Shown piece after piece: positions 9,320-18,499 of a stretch of 64,000 bases of DNA; the stretch's first letter is position 1, and each line of letters starts with the position of its first letter. Origin of the DNA: an uncultured Candidatus Saccharibacteria bacterium. GTDB lineage: Bacteria > Patescibacteriota > Dojkabacteria > J137. The notes under the pieces are model-generated. The model worked only from the letters and a program-made list of their open reading frames with translations. It was not told where the DNA came from and searched no databases. The stretch spans positions 260,190-324,189 of the forward strand of contig CAZSKK010000001.1 of NCBI GenBank assembly GCA_964607415.1, written 5' to 3'. A program made the position numbers and the translations under genes.

Positions 9320-11824
9320 ATGTCACGACAAAAAAAGATTTTAATTGGAATTCTTATTTTTCTTACTTTAATTCTTGCTGGAGTTTCAATTTACATAACC
9401 TATAAACTGACTCAAGAGGATCAAGCACCTGAGGATACAAGTGCTTCTGTGTTATGTAGTGCCTTTGATAGCTATGACTCATGTTCAAATGTTGGTGAAA
9501 TAAGATGTAACAATGGTAATGAACAAAGATGTACACGATTTTTCTGTCATGCTACCGATACAACTCAAGCTGCAAATGAAAATAGAGTTAGATGGAATAA
9601 CACAGGAAATACTTGTGGTGGGCAAGATGTTGATGATGGGGAAACCACAAATTTAAATTGTAATGGAGTTTCTTGTACTTTAACTCAATCTACTCAGTGT
9701 GCAAATGCAACAGGAACGATGTTTTATTGTCCAGGTGGCCTAGTTAATGGAAGCTGTTTAGAAAATCCAGTGTCAATTGGTACTTTTCAGCCAGGGCAAA
9801 CAGTCGATGTATCACAGTATTTTACAAGAGGTTGTGGGGGTTATCAAATTGATTTTGAAAGACAAGGTGCAGCACCAGGGTCAGCAACTTGTGGAGCTGC
9901 GACTTTTACAAATAATACCTGTTCACCTACAACTCCCCCACTTGATGGTCAGCAATGTACAAACAGTGCTGGATGTCTAATATTTTTGTGTCCTAATGGT
10001 TGTGGAACTGATGGTAGATGTCAAACAGGTGGAAGTGAAGCTGATGAAGGTGCTACTGTAGTGGTAGATCCAACCTGTTCTGGAGTAATTGGTGGAAATG
10101 GTTGTGGTCAAATCGATGAAATGACTGGTACGGACCCATTGAGTGGAACATTTTGTCAGGTTAGAGCAAACACTTGTGTGGATACTTCAACTCAAGTTTG
10201 CCAACCTGGTTGTAACGATATTTGCGCTCCAAATGCAAATAACCAACAAGGTAATTGTGCAACTGGTCAAATTTGTACCGATGTAAATGGAACAAATAGA
10301 TGTAGACTTGCAACAAATCCTACAAGTGCAACTTGCGAACCTCCAACACAACAACAGACAAGGCAAATTAGTTTTCAAGGAAACGTTTATTGTCAGGATG
10401 GTAATGGACCAGTTTATCAGATTCCAGGTGCTGTGGTTACAGCAAACATTCCTGGCCAAGGCCAATTTTATGAACAAACTAATTCAACTGGAGGTTTTCA
10501 GTTTGATAGGCAAAACTTAACTACAACAAATATGACACTACAGAATTTAAGTGTATCTTTGCCAAATGGAACCTTGCCTACAGGACAGTCTATTGCAGCA
10601 TTGGTAGGTCCTACAGCAACTAATTGTTCAACTGGTACTCAAACTGGTTGCACTGCAGGAACAGGAAATTATTGTTCTACTGGATCCGATCAGTACCAAG
10701 CTTGTACATTAAATGCGCCTCAAATTGTTAATCTTTATCAAAACTTTAACTTTAGATTTACAAACTGCAGTCCTCAACCAAATCAATGTATCGATTTAAT
10801 TGAAGGTGGAGAAGATCCAATTGATGCTGGAGTTGGTAATACTGTAAACTACACTTTACAGTATAGGTTTAATCAAGCTACTAATCCATTCCCAAATATT
10901 AGGCTTAGAGTAGGTCCTTCTGGTACACCTGTAGGAAGAGATTTCTATACGCCAGCAAATGTACTTGTTGCACCAGCAGTAATTTCAAACAATCCTTCCT
11001 ATAATCCTTCAACAGGTATATGGACTTACATATTTACTTGGGAATCTGCTGAAGTAGGTGGTGCTGATGTTGCAGATGGAACGTATGATGTAAGAGTTCT
11101 AACAGATGGTACAGGAGCAAGCGAGGTAACAACCCCTGTTGGTTGTTTGGAAACAATTACCATCACCAATGGAACAACCCAACAGCCAAACTTTCAGGTA
11201 GTTAAAGCTTCTACAAGTGTTTGTGAAGCAGATGGAGATGCTGCAATTAGTTATACTATTACCGTTACTAATATTGGACCAGTAACGGGCGTTATTGATT
11301 TTGTTGAAGACACATTAGATTCTACAGCAATCGCTTTGAACATACTTCCTACAAACATTAATCCTTCCTATGGAAGTTATTCTAATGGAAGAATTACTTG
11401 GATAGGCACTGTAGGGGATAGAACTTATACAGCTGGCCAATCTAGGAATTTTACTTACAGTTTAACTGTGCCAAGAAACAACTTGATTAGCTTTTTAAAT
11501 GGAGTTGACAATCAAGTTGAGGTTGAATTTACTACAACATCAACAAATACAAGAGTCTTCACGCTAACAACAATGTTAACTTGCTCTCTTCCTCCAATTC
11601 CATCAACAGCATTTGGAGATGATGGAGGTAGATATTTACTAATCGGTGGCATGCTAATGGTTATTGCTTTACTAATTTTCAAATTTAGATTGGGTGCTGG
11701 ATATGTAGACAAGTTAATGAATGAAGGCTTAGAATATACTTCAGAAAAGATTACTTCTTCTATGCCTTTTGAAAAAGGAATAGAAAAAAGATTAAAAAGA
11801 AAAACAGGCAAAAAGTCATACTGA
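9320..11824 (+). CDS. Large Cys-, Thr-, Asn-, Gly-, Gln-rich surface protein: N-terminal signal anchor, C-terminal TM helix and short cytoplasmic tail
   Basis: Dozens of cysteines in CxxGxC / TCGG / GCG spacing in the N-terminal ~400 aa; low-complexity T/N/Q-rich middle; C-terminal hydrophobic helix LLIGGMLMVIALLIF followed by a basic tail. Confidence 0.55.
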   Translation: MSRQKKILIGILIFLTLILAGVSIYITYKLTQEDQAPEDTSASVLCSAFDSYDSCSNVGEIRCNNGNEQRCTRFFCHATDTTQAANENRVRWNNTGNTCGGQDVDDGETTNLNCNGVSCTLTQSTQCANATGTMFYCPGGLVNGSCLENPVSIGTFQPGQTVDVSQYFTRGCGGYQIDFERQGAAPGSATCGAATFTNNTCSPTTPPLDGQQCTNSAGCLIFLCPNGCGTDGRCQTGGSEADEGATVVVDPTCSGVIGGNGCGQIDEMTGTDPLSGTFCQVRANTCVDTSTQVCQPGCNDICAPNANNQQGNCATGQICTDVNGTNRCRLATNPTSATCEPPTQQQTRQISFQGNVYCQDGNGPVYQIPGAVVTANIPGQGQFYEQTNSTGGFQFDRQNLTTTNMTLQNLSVSLPNGTLPTGQSIAALVGPTATNCSTGTQTGCTAGTGNYCSTGSDQYQACTLNAPQIVNLYQNFNFRFTNCSPQPNQCIDLIEGGEDPIDAGVGNTVNYTLQYRFNQATNPFPNIRLRVGPSGTPVGRDFYTPANVLVAPAVISNNPSYNPSTGIWTYIFTWESAEVGGADVADGTYDVRVLTDGTGASEVTTPVGCLETITITNGTTQQPNFQVVKASTSVCEADGDAAISYTITVTNIGPVTGVIDFVEDTLDSTAIALNILPTNINPSYGSYSNGRITWIGTVGDRTYTAGQSRNFTYSLTVPRNNLISFLNGVDNQVEVEFTTTSTNTRVFTLTTMLTCSLPPIPSTAFGDDGGRYLLIGGMLMVIALLIFKFRLGAGYVDKLMNEGLEYTSEKITSSMPFEKGIEKRLKRKTGKKSY

Positions 11825-11880
11825 TAAAAATTGTTAAAGTTGACATAGTTAGGTTACTTAAATCTTTTAATATAACTTTT

Positions 11881-12183
11881 ATGAAAACACTAAAAATTTT
11901 AATAACATTATTTTTATTTATAAGCTTAATTTTACCGTTTTCAGTTTTTGCCGAAGGAACAGGTGATCCAAATGCAGACCCAAACCAATTGCCTGAAGTT
12001 GTACAAGAAGGTGGAATTACCACAGAGGAATCGGAACAAATTCAAGAAGAAGCTCAAAATGAATCTAGCGAATCTACAAAAGATGATACAGAAACTTTTT
12101 TAACAGGAATTGGTGTGGGTGCTTCTCTTGGTTTGATCGTTGGAGGTGTTTTTGCCTGGGTTCTTAAAGATAAAATTCTTTAA
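11881..12183 (+). CDS. Small acidic secreted/anchored protein (signal peptide plus C-terminal TM)
   Basis: Signal-like MKTLKILITLFLFISLILPFSVFA, acidic middle, C-terminal GVGASLGLIVGGVFAWVL. Confidence 0.4.
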   Translation: MKTLKILITLFLFISLILPFSVFAEGTGDPNADPNQLPEVVQEGGITTEESEQIQEEAQNESSESTKDDTETFLTGIGVGASLGLIVGGVFAWVLKDKIL

Positions 12184-12194
12184 ACCTAATTAAA

Positions 12195-12479
12195 ATGTCT
12201 GATCTACTTTTCACCCTTGTTTTAAAAAATATTGCGTTGCCAATAGTTTTCTTTTTGATTTTAAAATCATCAATATTAGATGATGAAAATTCTTTTCTGG
12301 CTGTAGTTTTAACCTTAACTATCGTAAATATTATTCAAGTACTCCTTCAGTCCATTAGGATTCTTACCAATTCAATGATGATGAAAGGACGAAAAGTCAC
12401 AAGACTTTTAATTGCCATAGTTATTGAACTGGTAAGTGTATTAGGTTTTTGGTATTATTACCTTGCTAAATTTAATTAA
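12195..12479 (+). CDS. Small hypothetical membrane protein
   Basis: Three hydrophobic segments in 94 aa. Confidence 0.35.
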   Translation: MSDLLFTLVLKNIALPIVFFLILKSSILDDENSFLAVVLTLTIVNIIQVLLQSIRILTNSMMMKGRKVTRLLIAIVIELVSVLGFWYYYLAKFN

Positions 12480-12489
12480 TAATTAAACC

Positions 12490-13506
12490 ATGAAAACAAT
12501 TTATATTTCTGACTTACAAAAAAATCAAATTATTACAAATGAAGCATTTGTAATTGCTGAAGCAAAACGAATGGAGGATAAAAATGGAAAAACTTACTTT
12601 AATGTAACCTTAGCTGATAAAACAGGCAAAATTGAAGGCAAAATTTGGAGCGATAGCTTAGGGTCAATTGAAGTTAAAGCGATAAAAGAAGATAAAGTTG
12701 TACAAATAAGTGCAAAAGTTGATGAATATAAGGGCAAAATGCAGTTAAATGTTATGAGCTTAAATTCAGTTGATGAATCTTCATTAGAAGAATTCTTGGA
12801 ATCAAGTGAATTTAATGCCGATGAGATGTTTAAAGAAATAGAATCTGAAATTGAGAATATTAAAAATGTAAAAATAAAAAAGATGCTAAAAACAGTTATA
12901 TCTGATTCTGAGATAGGAAGAAGATTTAAGTATTGGCCCGCAGCTTCTAGCGTTCATCATGATTTTAGATCGGGACTGCTTCAGCACGTATTAGAAATGT
13001 TGAGTATCAGTAAGGGATTAATTCGATTTTACCCTGAAGTTAATTATGATATTTTAACGGCTGGAATTATAATGCATGATATTGGTAAAGTGTACGAATT
13101 GGATGCGCAAGGCATTACTGCAAGATATACAACAATTGGCTCTTTAATTGGACATATCCCTATTGGATTACAAATACTTGATAGATTTGGCAAGGATGTG
13201 TTGGATAAAAATGATTATTTCCATATTGCTCATTTGATTTTATCTCATCATGGTAGTAAAGATTTAGGCAGCCCTGTAGTTCCATCCACAGTTGAAGCTA
13301 TAATGCTCTCCAATATTGATCTTCTTTCATCTAAAGCTAGAACTGCTCAAAAAGCAACCGATTCTATTACTCAAGGAAATGAGTTTAGTGGGTTTAATCA
13401 ATGGCTTAATGGAACAAGATTATGGAAACAAGAAAATGCAGAATCCGAAATTGATGATAAAGATTTAGTAAATGATGATACTGGTGATCAACTTAGCTTA
13501 GGATAA
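12490..13506 (+). CDS. YhaM-like 3'-5' exoribonuclease (OB-fold + HD domain)
   Basis: N-terminal OB-fold-like region; HD motifs HHDF...HVLEML...IMHDIGK...HLILSHHG. Confidence 0.55.
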   Translation: MKTIYISDLQKNQIITNEAFVIAEAKRMEDKNGKTYFNVTLADKTGKIEGKIWSDSLGSIEVKAIKEDKVVQISAKVDEYKGKMQLNVMSLNSVDESSLEEFLESSEFNADEMFKEIESEIENIKNVKIKKMLKTVISDSEIGRRFKYWPAASSVHHDFRSGLLQHVLEMLSISKGLIRFYPEVNYDILTAGIIMHDIGKVYELDAQGITARYTTIGSLIGHIPIGLQILDRFGKDVLDKNDYFHIAHLILSHHGSKDLGSPVVPSTVEAIMLSNIDLLSSKARTAQKATDSITQGNEFSGFNQWLNGTRLWKQENAESEIDDKDLVNDDTGDQLSLG

Positions 13507-13515
13507 TTTATAACT

Positions 13516-14100
13516 ATGAGACTTTTTGTTGCGATATTCCCACCCAAAGAACACCTTGATTATTATAGAGATGTATTAAGAGTATTCAGCAAGCAAAAAA
13601 GAAATTTAAGACCTATTCCTGTTGATCAAACACATTTAACACTTAAATTCATTGGCAGTAATGTAAGTGAAGAGTCTAAAAATTTGATTGCTGAGCAATT
13701 ACTTGCATGGCAAGGTTCCTACCCAAAGCCAGAAATTAAAGTAAAGGCAATTAAGTTTGGCTTTGCTAATCAATCTTCACCAAGGCACCTGATTGCAGCA
13801 ATTGAAAGAAATAACGAATTAGATGAGCTTGGCAAAATGGTTCACGATGCAGTTAAAGCTCAAAAACAACGAGATACAATTAGGTGGAAAACTAAGTACT
13901 CCAGGAGTTATCATATAACCTTGGCCAAGCTAAAAGATACTGCAACAAATAGCTCTGGAAAACTTATTACTTCAAATATCAAGAATATTAAAATTCAACC
14001 ACCAAAGGCTTTTGTTCCTGATGAAATGTTTTTAATAGAAAGCTTAACTTCCAGAAGCGGAACTCCAATTTATAGAAGAATTGAAAGAATCAAGTTGTAA
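13516..14100 (+). CDS. RNA 2',3'-cyclic phosphodiesterase / 2'-5' RNA ligase (ThpR/LigT, 2H phosphoesterase)
   Basis: Two H-x-T-x motifs (HLTLKF and HITLAK) at canonical spacing. Confidence 0.7.
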   Translation: MRLFVAIFPPKEHLDYYRDVLRVFSKQKRNLRPIPVDQTHLTLKFIGSNVSEESKNLIAEQLLAWQGSYPKPEIKVKAIKFGFANQSSPRHLIAAIERNNELDELGKMVHDAVKAQKQRDTIRWKTKYSRSYHITLAKLKDTATNSSGKLITSNIKNIKIQPPKAFVPDEMFLIESLTSRSGTPIYRRIERIKL

Positions 14101-14164
14101 TTTTCAAATATCAATTTAAAGAGTTTTCAAAATGAACTGAAAATTGATACTTGTAAATTGAAAA

Positions 14165-14461
14165 TTACTTTTCAATCATCTTACTCGTTTTTATATATCC
14201 TAACTTCTCTCTTCCTTGGGTTGCATTTTTTAAAGCGTCTTTGCGTTCTAATCCTTTTGTTACAACATCTTCTTTTAAAACCTGTCCCTTATAGTCGTTC
14301 ATATTATGCTCAAACTCAATATCAGACACATCACATTCATTAACTTGAGAAACGTAATCTAAAATGCTATTAAATTCTTTTTCAAATTTATCAAGCTCCG
14401 TATCGCTAAATTGAAGCTTTGAAAGCTTAGCTATGTGTTTTATTTCGTCTTTTGTTACCAT
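14165..14461 (-). CDS. gatC: Asp-tRNA(Asn)/Glu-tRNA(Gln) amidotransferase subunit C
   Basis: 98 aa; IKHIAKLSKLQFSDTELDKFEKEFNSILDYVSQVNECDV matches the GatC pattern. Confidence 0.7.
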   Translation of the reverse strand: MVTKDEIKHIAKLSKLQFSDTELDKFEKEFNSILDYVSQVNECDVSDIEFEHNMNDYKGQVLKEDVVTKGLERKDALKNATQGREKLGYIKTSKMIEK

Positions 14462-14647
14462 AAAGAAAAGAATAATGATTTAAGAATAGTGACCTGCTAT
14501 CAGACTAGAGAAGTTAATTGGTTAGTTTGTTAACAGTTAATTAGTGAATTGAATAAATTAACATTTTACTAATTAACACTTAACTGCTCAAACCTCTAAC
14601 CTGAATTGCTGCTGTCTTACTCTCTACCTCTCTTACGCTCTAAACCT

Positions 14648-16015
14648 CTACAGCTCTATTTCCTCTTTCCAATCAGGAATATAACAATTATCAAATCCAA
14701 ATTTAGCTTTTATTTGTGATTTTAATGCCTCAGCCCTCTCCACTTCAGCATGAACTAAAAATATTCTACTTGTTTTTTCACCAAAAAAGCTGCCTAACCA
14801 TTTTAAATAATCGCTAGAATCTCCATGCGCGGAAAAGCCTTGTAGGTGATGAATCGAAGCATTTACTTTAACGTTAGTTCCACCAATATTAACAACTTTT
14901 GACCCTTCTACAAGTTCTCTACCAAGTGTTCCTTCTGCCTGAAAACCTACAAAAGCTACAGAGTTTTTATTATTTGTGAGTGCTGTCGCCAAGTGCTCCA
15001 TAATTCTACCACCATCAGCCATTCCACTTCCTGCCATAACAACAATTCCTGCTTTTTTAGAAAGCTTTAATGACTGCTTATGCTTTCTTACATATGTTAG
15101 GTTATCAAAATCAAAAAGATTCTTTTCGGTATTTTGAAGCGAGGTCATATAGATTGCAGTGATTCTTTGAGCTAATGGACTATCCAAGTAGAAAGGAATA
15201 TCATTATCTAGTTTTCCATTTTCTTTTGCTTCTCTAAAATCGTTAATAAGGGTTTGAGCCCTTTGCAACGCAAAACAAGGTATAAAAACAGATCCTCCTT
15301 TTGAAATTGTAGTCTTAATAATATCAATTAATGCAGCTACACCCTCATCTTCACTTGGGTGAATTTGTCCTCCATAAAGAGACTCCATTAAAACAATGTC
15401 TGCTTCATATTTATAGTTTGGGTCAAAGCTTTCAATTAATTTATCATTTTCACGGCCTATATCCCCAGAAAACAAGAGTTTTTTTATTTTTCCATCATCT
15501 TCAATTTCAACTTGAATAGAGGCAGCTCCAAGCACATGCCCTGCTCTAATATATTTAATTTTTATACCTTCTACAGGACTAAACTCTTCATTAAAGCTTA
15601 CCGAACGAAATTGTGAAATGGTATTCATTGCATCATCAGTATTATAAACAAGTGCGACTTTTTTAGTAAATTTGCCATAAAACATTCCTCTTTCAAAATT
15701 ACTCTCCTGAATTTTTGCTGAATCAAGTAAAAGTTCAGTACTAATTGAAATTGTATGGTTTGTTGCAAAAATTTCACCCTTAAAGCCATGTTTTACAAGT
15801 TTAGGTAACATTCCCGAATGATCAATATGTGCGTGAGTTAAAAGTGCAAAAGAAACTTCTTCTGGGTTATAAGTAAAATCTTCAAGGTTTCTAGATTCGA
15901 CGTCCGGGCCTTGAAACATTCCACAATCAACAACAAAATTTCCATGTTTAGTTTCTACATAATAATTTGAACCTGTAACTGTATGCGCAGCCCCGCAAAA
16001 TTTAATTTTAATCAT
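14648..16015 (-). CDS. beta-CASP family RNA-metabolising metallo-beta-lactamase (CPSF73/COG1236-like ribonuclease)
   Basis: HAHIDHSG (HxHxDH) MBL motif near the N-terminus, followed by beta-CASP-like region; 455 aa. Confidence 0.65.
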   Translation of the reverse strand: MIKIKFCGAAHTVTGSNYYVETKHGNFVVDCGMFQGPDVESRNLEDFTYNPEEVSFALLTHAHIDHSGMLPKLVKHGFKGEIFATNHTISISTELLLDSAKIQESNFERGMFYGKFTKKVALVYNTDDAMNTISQFRSVSFNEEFSPVEGIKIKYIRAGHVLGAASIQVEIEDDGKIKKLLFSGDIGRENDKLIESFDPNYKYEADIVLMESLYGGQIHPSEDEGVAALIDIIKTTISKGGSVFIPCFALQRAQTLINDFREAKENGKLDNDIPFYLDSPLAQRITAIYMTSLQNTEKNLFDFDNLTYVRKHKQSLKLSKKAGIVVMAGSGMADGGRIMEHLATALTNNKNSVAFVGFQAEGTLGRELVEGSKVVNIGGTNVKVNASIHHLQGFSAHGDSSDYLKWLGSFFGEKTSRIFLVHAEVERAEALKSQIKAKFGFDNCYIPDWKEEIEL

Positions 16016-16167
16016 GATTTTAGTTAAAAAAAAGTAATCACATTATGATAGCAAAAAACAGGTCTGGTTAGTAGGTAAACATGAATGCTTTCCTCTTCTT
16101 TGAGGGGAGGTTAGGGTGTGTGTTCATGCAGTACAAATTTTCCCATCATTTATAAATGCACACCTCA

Positions 16168-16188
16168 AACAGCATAAAATGCTGTTTA
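16168..16188. promoter_or_regulatory. Perfect 9-bp inverted repeat AAACAGCAT-AAA-ATGCTGTTT in the divergent RNase/rnpA intergenic region
   Basis: Read directly from sequence; a candidate operator or hairpin. Confidence 0.4.
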
Positions 16189-16211
16189 TCCCTCTCTAGA
16201 GGGGTGAATAC

Positions 16212-16220
16212 TGTTATAAT
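16212..16220 (+). promoter_or_regulatory. Extended -10 promoter element TGtTATAAT for rnpA; predicted transcript is leaderless or nearly so
   Basis: TGTTATAAT ends 6 nt before the rnpA ATG at 16227. Confidence 0.4.
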
Positions 16221-16226
16221 TGTTTT

Positions 16227-16559
16227 ATGTTTAAATCACACTTACGATTAAATCCAAAAGAAATTCCTGTGATTGCAAAGAAGGGTAAACGCTACTCAAG
16301 TGAGCTTCTGGATATAAAAATATGGTTTGATTCAAATCTTGAAAATTCACAATTTGCTATTAGCATTTCAACAAAGATTGATAAACGAGCAGTTGTTAGG
16401 AATAAAATTAAGCGAAAATTAAGAGTTGCAATACATGAATTAGAAAAAGAAAATTATTTTAAAAAAGGGAAATATCTAATCATTGTAAGAAGCGATAAGT
16501 TGAAGGAGGCTAAGAATGAGGAGTTGACGACTGCAATCAAAACAATTTTATCATTCTGA
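16227..16559 (+). CDS. rnpA: Ribonuclease P protein component
   Basis: 110 aa basic protein with RNR motif region VVRNKIKRKLR. No rpmH (L34) ORF is detectable upstream, which is unusual. Confidence 0.7.
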   Translation: MFKSHLRLNPKEIPVIAKKGKRYSSELLDIKIWFDSNLENSQFAISISTKIDKRAVVRNKIKRKLRVAIHELEKENYFKKGKYLIIVRSDKLKEAKNEELTTAIKTILSF

Positions 16560-16633
16560 AGAAAATCGAAGAATTGATAAAAATTGTCTTCTGCGTCATC
16601 TTTCGAGTTCCCCCAAGATGACACAGTTACTAC

Positions 16634-18451
16634 TTATCCAACATCCGGCTTATACGAAAGGTTTCCGCCCAAAAGAGTCCTAATATCTTTAATGTTGTGT
16701 TTAGCCATTGCCCATCTATCAAGGCCTAATCCAAAGGCATAACCTTGCCACTTGTTTGAATCAATTCCAGCCATTTGCAGAACTTTTGGATGAATAATTC
16801 CAGCACCACCCATTTCCAGCCAACCTCTGCCTTTACAAAGTGGACAACCTACCCCATGACAATTGAAGCACTGCATATCCGGACCAACACCCGGCTCAAC
16901 TTCTGGATAATATTTATTTCTATATCTTGTTACAACATCTTCACCAAGATAAGTTTTAAACAAATGCTCAATTGTAGAAATTAATTCGGCAAGGCTTACT
17001 TTTTCTTTTACAACAACAAGTTGATACTGGTGAAAAGTAAAGTGATTGCTTCTGTTAACCTTTTCGTTTCGGTAAACTCTTCCAGGCATTACTACTTTGT
17101 ATGGTGGTTCAAAAGTTTCTAAAACTCTAGCCTCAATAGAAGAAGTTTGTGTTCTTAATAAAATATTTGGTTCTTCAATAAAAATACTATCCTGTAGATC
17201 TCTAGCTGGATGGTCTAAAGGCAAATTTAATCTCTGAAAACAATATTCATCAGTTTCAATTTCAGGTCCATCCATAATGCTATAGCCTAATCTATTGAAG
17301 ATTTCATTTAACTCATTTATTGTTTGAGTTAATGGATGTATATGGCCAATTTTAGGTTTATTAAAATTTAACTGCTTCTGATCTTGAAGTAAATAAGACT
17401 TATCCTTTGATTGAAGTAAGGTTTTTTTAGCATCATTAATTTCAGCATCAATAATTGTTTTAACTTGGTTAACTTCTGCTCCATAAATTTTTCTCTTTTG
17501 TGGATCGATTTGGCTAATTTTAGACAAAGCTTCTTTTAGCACACCATCTTTACCTAAATAAGATCTCCAAAGATTTGTTAGTTCTTCTTCAGTTTTTAGT
17601 AAGCTAAGTTTTTCTTTTGCTTCAGCAATCAACGTTTTTAGTGAATCATTTGTAATTTCAACGCTTGAGCTCTTATCACTACTTGAATCTTGAATCTTAA
17701 TTCCTGAATCTATTAAGTAACTTATGGTAGTTTCATTATTTACACTTACAATATCACTAATTATTATATTTCCCACTTCAGACGTAGATTTGACGATTGT
17801 TCCTCCGTCAGCAACAGATCCAATGCCTTCAAGAGTTAACATTCTTAAAGGTTTGTTTTCAGGCAGATTTGGTTGAAGATAAATTGCTGTTTGTTTTAAC
17901 TCTTCTAAAGAAACCATTTTCCAGCTAAAGTGCATATTTTTATTAATAATTTCGTTTACTTTATCTTGAATTTTTTCTTTTACATCTGAAGGCACAATAC
18001 CTTTGTAAGTTATAAAAGGCTTTTTACCATGATCTCCTTTTTGAGGAGATAATGTATTTGGAGATAGCCCCAGCATAAAAACAGCAAAATCAATTATATG
18101 ACCTGCTGAGTGAATTTGCATATGTTTAAAACGTCTGTCCCAGTTTATGCTAGCCGTTACAACCTTACCAACCAAATCAGTCTTTTCAGTTTTAACATAA
18201 TGGCCGATTTCACCATCTTTAACTAAAACTTGATACACATCCAATTTTGTTCCATCATCTAAACTTAGTATTCCTTGATCTGTAGGTTGACCCCCTCCCA
18301 TTGGATAAAACACTGTTTTATCCAAAATGATTTTAGCTGCATCGCCTTCAGGAATTACTTCAAGAATTTTTGCTTTGGTTTCTTTTAAATATGGATCAAG
18401 TAGGTATAGTTGTTCTGTTTTCATTTGCTTTGAATTTGTACCTATTAACAT
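16634..18451 (-). CDS. pheS: Phenylalanine--tRNA ligase alpha subunit with an N-terminal AlaX-like (tRNA editing-type) domain
   Basis: C-terminal ~340 aa carry the PheS catalytic core (FQRLNLPLDHPARDLQDSIF, LLRTQTSSIEAR, GRVYRNE, FHQYQ, GLGLDRWAM) after a coiled-coil. The N-terminal ~265 aa match AlaX-M: DPYLKETKAKILEV...ILDKTVFYPMGGGQPTDQG, then HSAGH (HxxxH). The second zinc motif is degenerate (ADGGTIV instead of CGGTHV). Confidence 0.8.
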   Translation of the reverse strand: MLIGTNSKQMKTEQLYLLDPYLKETKAKILEVIPEGDAAKIILDKTVFYPMGGGQPTDQGILSLDDGTKLDVYQVLVKDGEIGHYVKTEKTDLVGKVVTASINWDRRFKHMQIHSAGHIIDFAVFMLGLSPNTLSPQKGDHGKKPFITYKGIVPSDVKEKIQDKVNEIINKNMHFSWKMVSLEELKQTAIYLQPNLPENKPLRMLTLEGIGSVADGGTIVKSTSEVGNIIISDIVSVNNETTISYLIDSGIKIQDSSSDKSSSVEITNDSLKTLIAEAKEKLSLLKTEEELTNLWRSYLGKDGVLKEALSKISQIDPQKRKIYGAEVNQVKTIIDAEINDAKKTLLQSKDKSYLLQDQKQLNFNKPKIGHIHPLTQTINELNEIFNRLGYSIMDGPEIETDEYCFQRLNLPLDHPARDLQDSIFIEEPNILLRTQTSSIEARVLETFEPPYKVVMPGRVYRNEKVNRSNHFTFHQYQLVVVKEKVSLAELISTIEHLFKTYLGEDVVTRYRNKYYPEVEPGVGPDMQCFNCHGVGCPLCKGRGWLEMGGAGIIHPKVLQMAGIDSNKWQGYAFGLGLDRWAMAKHNIKDIRTLLGGNLSYKPDVG

Positions 18452-18499
18452 TAAACTAATACTGATCTTACCAAAAACTAAGTGTTTTTGTAAGCCTGA

